Assembly (NCBI RefSeq): GCF_000012805.1
Contig: NC_007484.1
Location: forward strand, 450,001 to 482,000
From: Nitrosococcus oceani ATCC 19707
Lineage (GTDB): Bacteria > Pseudomonadota > Gammaproteobacteria > Nitrosococcales > Nitrosococcaceae
Length of the DNA stretch: 32,000 nt
Reading direction: 5' to 3'
Positions 6,962 to 14,029 of this stretch are shown here, one piece after another. How positions within the stretch are numbered: the first letter of the stretch is position 1; every line of letters starts with the position of its first letter. The translations under genes and the position numbers were made by a program. The notes below the pieces were generated by a model, which was given only the letters and a program-made list of their open reading frames with translations, did not search any database and was not told where the DNA came from.

Positions 6962-7076
6962 AAACGGCTGCCCGCGCCGCTCCGCGTCGCAAACAATCGT
7001 TCGACTGGCAGAACCTCCTGCATCATCAGATGCCGTACATCTATTACCCAGGATAACCTGCCGGTCAACTCCCCGA
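6962..7076 (+). repeat. attC subfamily copy C (preceded by an attC left half GCCTAAC at 6932-6938)
   Basis: Alignable with copies A and B from AAACGGCTGCCC. R'' CGCAAAC (6988-6994), L'' GTTCGAC (6999-7005), hairpin AGATG-N5-CATCT, L' GGTCAAC, spacer TCCCCG, then A|TTGTGCCC (7076/7077). Confidence 0.55.
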
Positions 7077-7147
7077 TTGTGCCCTTCACTAAGAGTTTTT
7101 CAATAGTAACGTTTGGCGTTATTGTCTCGTTGCGTTATTATTGAGTC

Positions 7148-7426
7148 ATGATCCTATCGTTCAAGTGTAAGGATACCGAAAAGCTGGCGAACGGTCGTCG
7201 TATCAGGCGCTTTGTCAACTTTGAGCGTGTTGCGTTGAGGAAGATCAGGCAACTCCAGGCTGCCAGTCAGCTTGATGATCTTAAAGTACCGCCCGGCAAT
7301 ATGTTGGAAGCGTTGTCTGGTGACCGCCAGGGTCAGCACAGCATTCGAATCAACAGGCGGTTCCGGGTTTGCTTTCGTTGGGCGAAGGCCGGTGCGGAAG
7401 ATGTCGAAATTATTGATTACCATTAG
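7148..7426 (+). CDS. higB: HigB-type (RelE/ParE superfamily) toxin
   Basis: 92 aa. MILSFKCKDTEKL...VPPGNMLEALSGDRQGQHSIRINRRFRVCFRW...VEIIDYH is the classic HigB/plasmid-killer pattern. Confidence 0.8.
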   Translation: MILSFKCKDTEKLANGRRIRRFVNFERVALRKIRQLQAASQLDDLKVPPGNMLEALSGDRQGQHSIRINRRFRVCFRWAKAGAEDVEIIDYH

Positions 7427-7439
7427 TAGGAGGTAGCTC

Positions 7440-7754
7440 ATGCGGAACATTGATGCTGTAACGCCAGGCGAGTTGCTGAAAGAAGAATTTCTGGAGCCTA
7501 TGGGGATTTCTCAATACCGCTTGGCTAAAGAAATCGGAGTGCCGGCTCAGAGGATCAGTCAGATTATTGCCGGAAAGCGTTCGATAACTGCAGACACGGA
7601 TCTCCGGCTCTGCCGTTTTTTTGGTCTTTCCAACGGTTATTGGTTGCGGGCTCAAGCAGCCTACGACACAGAGATTGCAAAGGATGCTCTTGAAGACCAG
7701 TTGAAGAATATCCGTCCTTGGGACTCTGTACCAGAAATCGGGCCTAGGGCATAA
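7440..7754 (+). CDS. higA: HigA-family antitoxin (XRE HTH)
   Basis: 104 aa. TPGELLKEEFLEPMGISQYRLAKEIGVPAQRISQIIAGKRSITADTDLRL is typical of HigA. The TAA stop lies inside R'' GGGCATAAC. Confidence 0.8.
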   Translation: MRNIDAVTPGELLKEEFLEPMGISQYRLAKEIGVPAQRISQIIAGKRSITADTDLRLCRFFGLSNGYWLRAQAAYDTEIAKDALEDQLKNIRPWDSVPEIGPRA

Positions 7755-7767
7755 CCAACGGTTGCAC
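7747..7767 (+). other. attC left half only (R''-spacer-L'')
   Basis: GGGCATAAC-CAACG-GTTGCAC. R'' complements the cassette start TTGTGCCC (7 of 8). No right half follows; a truncated toxin reading frame follows instead. Confidence 0.45.
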
Positions 7768-7958
7768 AGCGACCGGTTTTCTGCCGCTTCCTGGACGAAA
7801 TTGTCCACCCAAATACACAACATCAACGAATCTTCGTCGTAGCAGTTGAAGACTACGTCTATCTTGTCCCATACGTCGAGAATGAGGATGAACTATTTCT
7901 AAAAACAATCATTCCTAGTCGAAAATTTACAAAGATTTATCTCGGAGACGATACATGA
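7755..7958 (+). pseudogene. 5'-truncated toxin gene (partner of the downstream RHH antitoxin)
   Basis: A 67-codon open frame without a start codon, ending ...VAVEDYVYLVPYVENEDELFLKTIIPSRKFTKIYLGDDT*. Its stop overlaps the antitoxin ATG (ATGA). The ...IIPSRK.TK tail resembles the ends of BrnT-like toxins. Confidence 0.45.
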
Positions 7959-8272
7959 GTAATGCTAAATTAAGCAAAGAAGAACAGCAGCTTCTCAGAG
8001 CTGTCGAAGCCGGCGAATTTGAATCAGTCCTTACCAAAAAACGAAGGGCTGAACTAGTCAGTGCGGCAAAGAACACGGTACGCAAAGACAAACGGATAAA
8101 TATTAGAATTTCCAATAGAGATTTGAAGGCCGTTCAACTGAAAGCATCAGAAGAAGGTATTCCCTATCAAACCCTGGTATCAAGCATTATTCATAAGTAC
8201 ATATCAGGTTCGCTCAAAGACATATCCGCTAACAAGCGCATGCAGTCGGACGCGGCAAAGCCGCGCCGCTGA
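7955..8272 (+). CDS. CopG/RHH-type antitoxin (BrnA-like), now orphan
   Basis: 105 aa. SKEEQQLLRAVEAGEFESV...KDKRINIRISNRDLKAVQLKASEEGIPYQTLVSSIIHKYISG fits the CopG/BrnA antitoxin pattern. The 3' end runs into the attC. Confidence 0.65.
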   Translation: MSNAKLSKEEQQLLRAVEAGEFESVLTKKRRAELVSAAKNTVRKDKRINIRISNRDLKAVQLKASEEGIPYQTLVSSIIHKYISGSLKDISANKRMQSDAAKPRR

Positions 8273-8287
8273 TTTTTGGCGTTGAGT
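8227..8287 (+). other. attC recombination site
   Basis: R'' CGCTAAC (8227-8233), central stem GCGCGGC-AAA-GCCGCGC, R' GTTGAGT (8281-8287). Confidence 0.65.
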
Positions 8288-8317
8288 GGCAGATCGAACT
8301 CCCGTGCCTGCCGGTAG

Positions 8318-8796
8318 TTATGCGGATTCGCTCGTAAGTTGGCGCTTGATTTCGGCTTGCAATTCGTCGATCGAGAGCAAGCAGGATACAAAATAGCGGA
8401 GATTCTCGCGAGCATCGCGGATTCGCTCGTTTTGAATTTCATCGAAATCGATTTCCAACAGCGCGCAAAGCTCCCTCCCGGTGAGAGCCTGATCCTCTAT
8501 TATTTTCTTCTTGAGGCCATATACGATATGCCCACGATCCTCTTGGTTGAAGCAACAAAGGTGAACGTTTAACGTATACGGGATATGGCTCGCCAGCGCA
8601 TTTTTGCGGATTAGATACGTTCCATCGTGATCGAGGTATCCGAACGAGAAGCAATCATGTCTTCGAGTTCATGCCCGATTCGTATCGCGGTCGCCTGTAC
8701 CCGGCTCACAAGTTGAGCAAGTTCATCATTACCGACCACATACCAGTAGTTTGACTTGCCATCTGTGCGCCCGCGCGAAGAAGACATCAAGACCAT
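8318..8796 (-). pseudogene. frameshifted gene downstream of the methyltransferase (possible cognate endonuclease; function unknown)
   Basis: ATG at 8796 overlaps the MTase 3' end by 10 nt. The frame reads ...RIGHELEDMIAS and stops at 8611. A second frame, open from ~8668 to 8318, reads FGYLDHDGTYLIRKNALASHIPYTLNVHLCCFNQEDRGHIVYGLKKKIIED...IDELQAEIKRQLTSESA*. An apparent frameshift near 8640-8668 would join them into ~158 aa. Confidence 0.5.
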
Positions 8797-9503
8797 TCGA
8801 ATTCCCCTAATGCTATGTCACAGCCGAGGAACTTGCGGCCTGTTTGTTGCGCCGCCGCGAGCACCGAAAAAGAACCTGCCGCAGGATCGATCACGACATC
8901 GCCAGAGTTCGTTACGGCATCAATCAGCTTTGCTTGCAGTCCTATGGGCTTAGGATGTGCAAACGACATATCACGCTGAAACTTCTCTTGATAAACATCA
9001 GGTATGCTGTGGTTCGTCCAAACGCCTTTCGCGCGGACAGGTTTCTTTTGGGCGACAAGTAAATACTCAGCTTTGCGACGTGAACGGTACCCCATACCAA
9101 TCCGCTCCTTGTCCCAAGTAATCAGATCAACAGTTTTCATCGGCGTTCCGTCGAACCAGCTCGAAGTCCCCTCGCACAGATGAAACTTGTCAATCCAGAG
9201 GAACAAGTGCCCCGAAGGACAGAGCACTCGAGCAATTTCTGAAACAAAATCAAATATTGTCTCTTCCGGCATTTGTTTCATCTGCGCTCGCAACTGCTGG
9301 CGAGATCCTTCGTTCCCGTACTTGAGCTTATCCATCACGCCCCGATACTGGGGGTCAAAGAATGCGGCTGGCACCGAATTATCAACGAGGCGTCCAAGAA
9401 ATTTCAGGCCATCCATTTTGATTTTTCGGTCAAAAGGAATGCTTTTTTTCTCGGAGACGGATGGAAGGTCTCCAATGCCTCGCGCATGACTGTAAACGCT
9501 CAT
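8787..9503 (-). CDS. beta-class N6-adenine/N4-cytosine DNA methyltransferase
   Basis: Motif IV FFDPQY lies near the N-terminus and motif [12 protein letters not shown] near the C-terminus, the N6_N4_Mtase order. ATG at 9503 has GAGGT 5 nt upstream and is preferred over 9557. Confidence 0.8.
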   Translation of the reverse strand: MSVYSHARGIGDLPSVSEKKSIPFDRKIKMDGLKFLGRLVDNSVPAAFFDPQYRGVMDKLKYGNEGSRQQLRAQMKQMPEETIFDFVSEIARVLCPSGHLFLWIDKFHLCEGTSSWFDGTPMKTVDLITWDKERIGMGYRSRRKAEYLLVAQKKPVRAKGVWTNHSIPDVYQEKFQRDMSFAHPKPIGLQAKLIDAVTNSGDVVIDPAAGSFSVLAAAQQTGRKFLGCDIALGEFEWS

Positions 9504-9863
9504 TTCGACCTCATTTCGGGAGAAAATAGCAAGAAATATGAGACCATAGAATGCCATACATGCGGCGTCAATGCGTTTCTGCCATACTATTGTCTGTCCG
9601 GTTTTGCCGCTGATCTAGGTTTTGCCCAACCCAAGGTTGCAATGAATGTGCTTCGCCTGCCGGTGAAGCAGCGGCAAATTGAAGCGAAGGACATTCAAAA
9701 TATTGACTTAATTACCCAAAAAATCCCTGTAAAGCTTTTTAAATTCGATATCTCCAAAGCATTAGGTATAGCCGTCACTCGTATTGCTGATTCAATATTT
9801 TGCAATTGATGCCTACAACAAGGTAATCGTAGCGTTGGCTACAAAGCTTGGAAAGATAACAAA

Positions 9864-11609
9864 ATGAAAGTTAGTATGCGTATACCTAGCAAACTCCTGC
9901 TATCATTGATGGCGGTGACTCTACTCATCACGCTGGCCTTTAGCTCCACCAAGGCAGCGCCTGATACAGGGAGTAGCACCCTTTATTATGGCGGCTCGAT
10001 ACTTACCATGGAGGGGAGTGCTCCGAGCTATGCGGAGGCCCTGGTTGTTAAGGATGGCCGCATCCTTTTTGTTGGTACCAAAACGCAGGCCGAACATCTA
10101 GCAGGTGCGGCGGCAAAAAAGGTCGATCTCGACGGCAGGGCGCTGCTGCCGGGATTCATCGACGCTCATGGCCATGTGTTCAACGCTGGTTTTCAGAAAC
10201 TCGCAGCCAATTTGCTACCGCCTCCAGATGGCGGCGGCAAGGACGTAGCATCCCTCGTGGCGCTGCTCAAGGAATGGCAAGATAAAAACGCTGCTGCTAT
10301 TAAGAAATCGGGCTGGATCATTGGCTTCGGCTATGATGATTCACGACTAGCGGAAGGGCGTCATCCCACAGCAAAGGAACTGGATCAGGTATCCACCGAG
10401 TTGCCGGTGGTGATCATCCATCAATCCGGCCACTTGGCCGCGATGAACCATAAGGGACTGGAGCTGGCTGGAATCACGGCTGAAACCAATGACCCGGTTG
10501 GTGGTGTGATTCGCCGCCAGGCCGACGGCAAGACGCCAAACGGAGTGCTTGAGGAGATGGCCTCCTTCGGGCCGATTTTCAAAATCCTGGGAGCTCTCGA
10601 TTCGGAAGCTAACGAGAAAATTGCCCTGGCTGGGGTAGATGCCTACACCCAACACGGTTTCACTACGGCACAGGAAGGTCGGGCCAACAAGGCAGCGACC
10701 GAGACTTGGCGAAAACTTGCCGATGAGCGCAAACTTAAAATCGATGTCGCAGTCTATCTCGACCTCCAATCAGAAATCGAGTACATCAAGCAAGTCGGAA
10801 TCCACGAAGACTACACTCATCATTTTCGTGTGGCGGGTGTAAAGTTGAGCCTAGATGGCTCGCCGCAAGGCAAAACGGCCTGGCTCAGCAAACCCTATCT
10901 TAATCCGCCTCCCCAAAAACCGGATAGTTATACAGGATACCCGGCCATTCCGAGCGACAAGGAGAGACAGGCACTGTTTAACCTTGCCTACCAGAAGAAC
11001 TGGCAACTGCTGGTGCATTGTAACGGCGATGCAGCGGCTGAAGCGATGATTGATGCTGTAGCCGTGGCTAGCGAGAAATATGGCAAGGATGACCGTCGTA
11101 CCGTGATGATCCATGCACAGACTGTCCGCGAAAGCCAACTCGAGCGGATGAAAAAACTTGGCATCCTGCCATCGTTTTTCTCCATGCATACTTATTATTG
11201 GGGTGACTGGCATCGGGATGAGACCCTCGGCCCGGAACGAGCAGCACGTATCTCACCAACCGCCTCGGCCCTGAAGCGCGGCATGCGATTCACCGAGCAT
11301 CATGATGCGCCTGTCGCGCTGCCGAGCGCGATCATGATTCTCCACACCACCGTCAACCGGACCAGCCGCAGTGGTGAGGTAATCGGGCCGGACCAGCGCG
11401 TTAGTCCCTATCAGGCGCTGAAGTCAATCACCGACTGGGCGGCCTGGCAATATTTCGAGCAGGATAGTAAGGGCACGCTTACGAAGGGCAAGCTGGCCGA
11501 TCTCGTGATATTGGACCAAGACCCGACACAGGTTGACCCGGCAACGATCATGAACATACGTGTATTGGAAACGATCAAGGAGGGTCAGACCGTCTATAAG
11601 GCGCAGTAA
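9864..11609 (+). CDS. exported metal-dependent amidohydrolase (YtcJ-like, Amidohydro_3)
   Basis: 581 aa. It has a signal peptide, a GFIDAHGHV metal-binding motif and a family-typical length. Confidence 0.75.
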   Translation: MKVSMRIPSKLLLSLMAVTLLITLAFSSTKAAPDTGSSTLYYGGSILTMEGSAPSYAEALVVKDGRILFVGTKTQAEHLAGAAAKKVDLDGRALLPGFIDAHGHVFNAGFQKLAANLLPPPDGGGKDVASLVALLKEWQDKNAAAIKKSGWIIGFGYDDSRLAEGRHPTAKELDQVSTELPVVIIHQSGHLAAMNHKGLELAGITAETNDPVGGVIRRQADGKTPNGVLEEMASFGPIFKILGALDSEANEKIALAGVDAYTQHGFTTAQEGRANKAATETWRKLADERKLKIDVAVYLDLQSEIEYIKQVGIHEDYTHHFRVAGVKLSLDGSPQGKTAWLSKPYLNPPPQKPDSYTGYPAIPSDKERQALFNLAYQKNWQLLVHCNGDAAAEAMIDAVAVASEKYGKDDRRTVMIHAQTVRESQLERMKKLGILPSFFSMHTYYWGDWHRDETLGPERAARISPTASALKRGMRFTEHHDAPVALPSAIMILHTTVNRTSRSGEVIGPDQRVSPYQALKSITDWAAWQYFEQDSKGTLTKGKLADLVILDQDPTQVDPATIMNIRVLETIKEGQTVYKAQ

Positions 11610-11777
11610 GCGTATAGTCAGTCTAGCCAGATCTACCATCAAGCCGATGCCGCTGAACAACTATTTGACTCTGCATAGTCATGCGCCGCTTTAGACCTTT
11701 TAAATGGTGTCAGTGGAACTCTACACTGAAATCTCCACCACCTCCCAGTAAGGCAGAAATCGGCTGCTATTGTGCCG

Positions 11778-12260
11778 CTAGCGGGAATGGAAAAGAGAAT
11801 AAAGCCGGTTCAATAAAAACCACAGGAAGAGATCGAGCAAAGTAAAGGCCAGGATAATGAGTGCTACCTCTGGCCAAGATAAGAGCATTTGGCTCCGTAA
11901 AAAGCAAAGAGGGAGAAGGGCCTCGGGAATGTGATCCAAGCCAGGCATATGAGCGCTAGAGGGCTGTCGTCCCAAGCGCCGCTTAATAAAACTGGACAGG
12001 AGATCTCCCACCATGGCCCAAAAACCTACCAGCGCGCCGGTTATGAAGGAGAAGTTGAAAAGGGGAGCGATGAATGCGGTTGCCAGGAGAGCGGCGACAA
12101 TACCCCGAATAGTTTTAGAGGCGCCAAAGAGGGGGTAGCCATCCGGGAGATGGAGATTCCCATCCAGGGGCTGGTTGAAACGGTTTTTCAGTAGCAAGGC
12201 AGTTACTACCGGGGCACCGTTAGCCACCATTAACAGTAGCAGCGGAGAAAGCAAATCCAC
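11778..12260 (-). CDS. CDP-archaeol synthase-like (CarS/DUF46) membrane protein
   Basis: 160 aa, multi-TM, with GASKTIRG and GDLLSSFIKRRLG motifs. Confidence 0.6.
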   Translation of the reverse strand: MDLLSPLLLLMVANGAPVVTALLLKNRFNQPLDGNLHLPDGYPLFGASKTIRGIVAALLATAFIAPLFNFSFITGALVGFWAMVGDLLSSFIKRRLGRQPSSAHMPGLDHIPEALLPLCFLRSQMLLSWPEVALIILAFTLLDLFLWFLLNRLYSLFHSR

Positions 12261-12336
12261 AGGGTCAATTTTTCCTGATGTTTTTCCAAAAAATATCAGG
12301 AAAATAGCATAAACGCACTCTTTTTTAAGCGGCTAT

Positions 12337-13131
12337 TTAAAAGAGTAGGGTACGACTGGCGGGATCTTGGCGGTAATACAGTTGTAGCTGGTGATAGATT
12401 TGAGGAAGCGCGGTTTGCAGTTTTTGGGGAGAAACGAAAAAGACCTCACTGGCAACGGCGAAGAACTCGGCGGGGCTCTCTAGGGCATAAGAGTCCAGCG
12501 GGATGGGTTCTCCCGCCGCCCAGCGCTCATTCAAGTTTTTATAGGCTTGAAAGAAAACGGATGTCCAGGTGCGGCGGTTCATCGTGCGGTGCAAGGGAGG
12601 CATGCCATTCGCGGCTCCATTGCCCATGTCCAGGAGATGGGCAAACTCATGAATCACCACATTACTTGGCGATTCGGAGGGTGCCATTGTGTGCGCTACA
12701 TCATCCCAGGAAAGAATGACCGGCCCCCGGTCCCAGGACTCCCCAATCAGAGGATGTTGCACCGCGTGGACGATACCGCTTTCATCTCGTTCTTCACGTT
12801 TAGCCACGAATGCTCCTGGATAAAGAAGCACTGTACGCCAATGCCGGTAATCGTCCCAATCCAGGCAGAGGATAAGGAGAGAAGCCTGAATTGCCACTAC
12901 CAAGCGCATCTTCTCATTAACTTTGAAACCCTGAGCGCCATAAATGGATTTATGATGTAAAAATAACGTGCTTAGATCTCGAAGGTGGCTTAACTCCGCT
13001 AGGCTGAGACCCTGGAGAAGGGGCAGACAAGCCACCGCTGCTTCCCAGTGGGCCAGGGGAATGGGGTGACGGTTGATAATTCTTCGCCGCCAGTAAGCTT
13101 TAAGCGTGCGGGCAAGTGAGATGATAAGCAT
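12337..13131 (-). CDS. mtfA: MtfA-family zinc peptidase (M90)
   Basis: 264 aa with HEFAHLLD (HExxH). It is collinear by eye with E. coli MtfA (...GPVILSWDDV..., ...PAEFFAVASEVFF..., ...YYRQDP). Confidence 0.8.
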   Translation of the reverse strand: MLIISLARTLKAYWRRRIINRHPIPLAHWEAAVACLPLLQGLSLAELSHLRDLSTLFLHHKSIYGAQGFKVNEKMRLVVAIQASLLILCLDWDDYRHWRTVLLYPGAFVAKREERDESGIVHAVQHPLIGESWDRGPVILSWDDVAHTMAPSESPSNVVIHEFAHLLDMGNGAANGMPPLHRTMNRRTWTSVFFQAYKNLNERWAAGEPIPLDSYALESPAEFFAVASEVFFVSPQKLQTALPQIYHQLQLYYRQDPASRTLLF

Positions 13132-13190
13132 ATGAATTTAAAAAAATATCCCTTAATCCCATCCAATCTATCAAAGGGATATGCTATTTT

Positions 13191-13790
13191 CTAAAGTCCC
13201 CCGCCCCAGCGGTATGGCCAGGCAATTCCGACAGCATCGAAGTCGCTTCCGGTGCGGGTGGATACGCCGGTGCTGGCGTAGAGTTTAACCGAGTTGTGCC
13301 GATTTACCGGCAGTGTAACGGTCGCGCCCAGGCGTGAGTTCTGCTGTAAGCTGCTACCCTCCGCTCCATCGATAGTTGTACGCCCACCAGTATAATAGGT
13401 ACCGTCCAGCGCAACCCATATCCCCGTTTGGAAGCTGTAAATGAGATGTCCCTGCACCGAGTAGAGGGGGGTCTGTGCGCGGGTTCGGCTACCGAGAAAA
13501 GAGTCATTATCGGTGTAGAAGGTAATGCCTGTGGCGACTTCTAGTGTCCACGGTCCCCATGCCTTGGACAGCCCGAGTTCCGGCTTGATGGACTAGCGGT
13601 TGGTGCCGATGTTGGCAAGCTTTTCCGTAAGCTCTTGGCTCCACAGTTCCTGGGCATAGGCGCCTGCGCCGCTAGCTGTGAGGACAACCATCAGGACAAA
13701 TACCCAGTGCTGATAGGCTAGGGTGGGGCGGCGGCAGGTACGAGCTGGAATAAGCGCAAATGTCTGTCTCTTCAGGCTCTTTCGGCACAC
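13191..13790 (-). pseudogene. outer-membrane beta-barrel (MetA-pathway/transporter-like) gene with an in-frame TAG
   Basis: The signal-peptide part (…VLTASGAGAYAQE…NIGTNR) and the C-terminal barrel part (SIKPELGLSKAWGPW…GIAWPYRWGGGL*) are in the same frame, separated by a single TAG at 13593-13595. The total length is shorter than I expect for this family. Confidence 0.5.
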
Positions 13791-13877
13791 GGGATGATAA
13801 CTCCTAAGCGTTTGGAGGCAGGTATGCGCGCACTATGCCTTCACTTTAGATAACCGACTATGACGGGGGCGTCAGTT

Positions 13878-13911
13878 GCAGTGCTATTGGACCAAAGTCC
13901 AATAGCACTGC
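13878..13911. promoter_or_regulatory. perfect 15-bp inverted repeat (candidate operator) in a divergent intergenic region
   Basis: GCAGTGCTATTGGAC-CAAA-GTCCAATAGCACTGC lies between the OMP pseudogene (minus) and the ZIP transporter gene (plus). There is no adjacent T-run. Confidence 0.35.
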
Positions 13912-14029
13912 GAGCGGTTTCGCTTGTTAATTGCTATGCTTGCCTAAGGGGCTAACCTTGCAAGTAGCCACACCGTCAATTAGCATAAACTTTTCTTCAG
14001 TCCCTCCTGGGTGCTAAGTAAGGAGACCC

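Larger units (their letters stand above)
1..8287 (+). mobile_element. Integron-type gene-cassette array (no integrase in window: distal part of a sedentary integron, or a CALIN)
   Basis: Inter-ORF imperfect palindromes bounded by RYYYAAC...GTTRRRY cores lie at 1014-1061, 1607-1684, 2763-2851, 3478-3574, 4906-4956 and 8227-8287, plus a repeated subfamily at 2288-2393, 2929-3043 and 6962-7076. The first 6-10 nt after each predicted crossover are the reverse complement of the R'' box ending the same cassette: TTAGAG 1056 / CTCTAA 1607; TTATGTG 2394 / CACATAA 2763; TTAAGGTGTG 2846 / CACACCTTAA 2870; TTAGGTTC 3044 / GAACCTAA 3476; TTAGAAGC 3569 / GCTTCTAA 4096; TTGTGCCC 7077 / GGGCATAA 7747 (7 of 8). 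Units are small and mostly co-oriented, and several stop codons lie inside R'' boxes. Confidence 0.7.

Noticed and set aside
2288-7076. Possibility that the three ~110-nt repeats are a CRISPR array or a riboswitch family
   Set aside because: The repeats are far too long, only ~80-90% identical and irregularly spaced (0.6 and 4 kb), with ORFs between them, so they are not CRISPR. I could not match any riboswitch consensus I know (fluoride, guanidine, c-di-GMP, preQ1). The attC architecture and junction complementarity explain them better. A cis-RNA role is not excluded.
9273-9809. 178-aa plus-strand ORF upstream of, and overlapping, the methyltransferase gene
   Set aside because: Its first half is antisense to the MTase coding region. 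The remainder covers the MTase promoter region without motifs or an RBS. It is likely spurious.
9808-9846. Possible terminal attC (GCCTACAAC…GTAGCGTTGGCTAC) closing the methyltransferase unit
   Set aside because: It is too short and the arms are poorly complementary. Its R'' does not complement the unit start TTGAGTGGC at 8282. The array end is left undefined.
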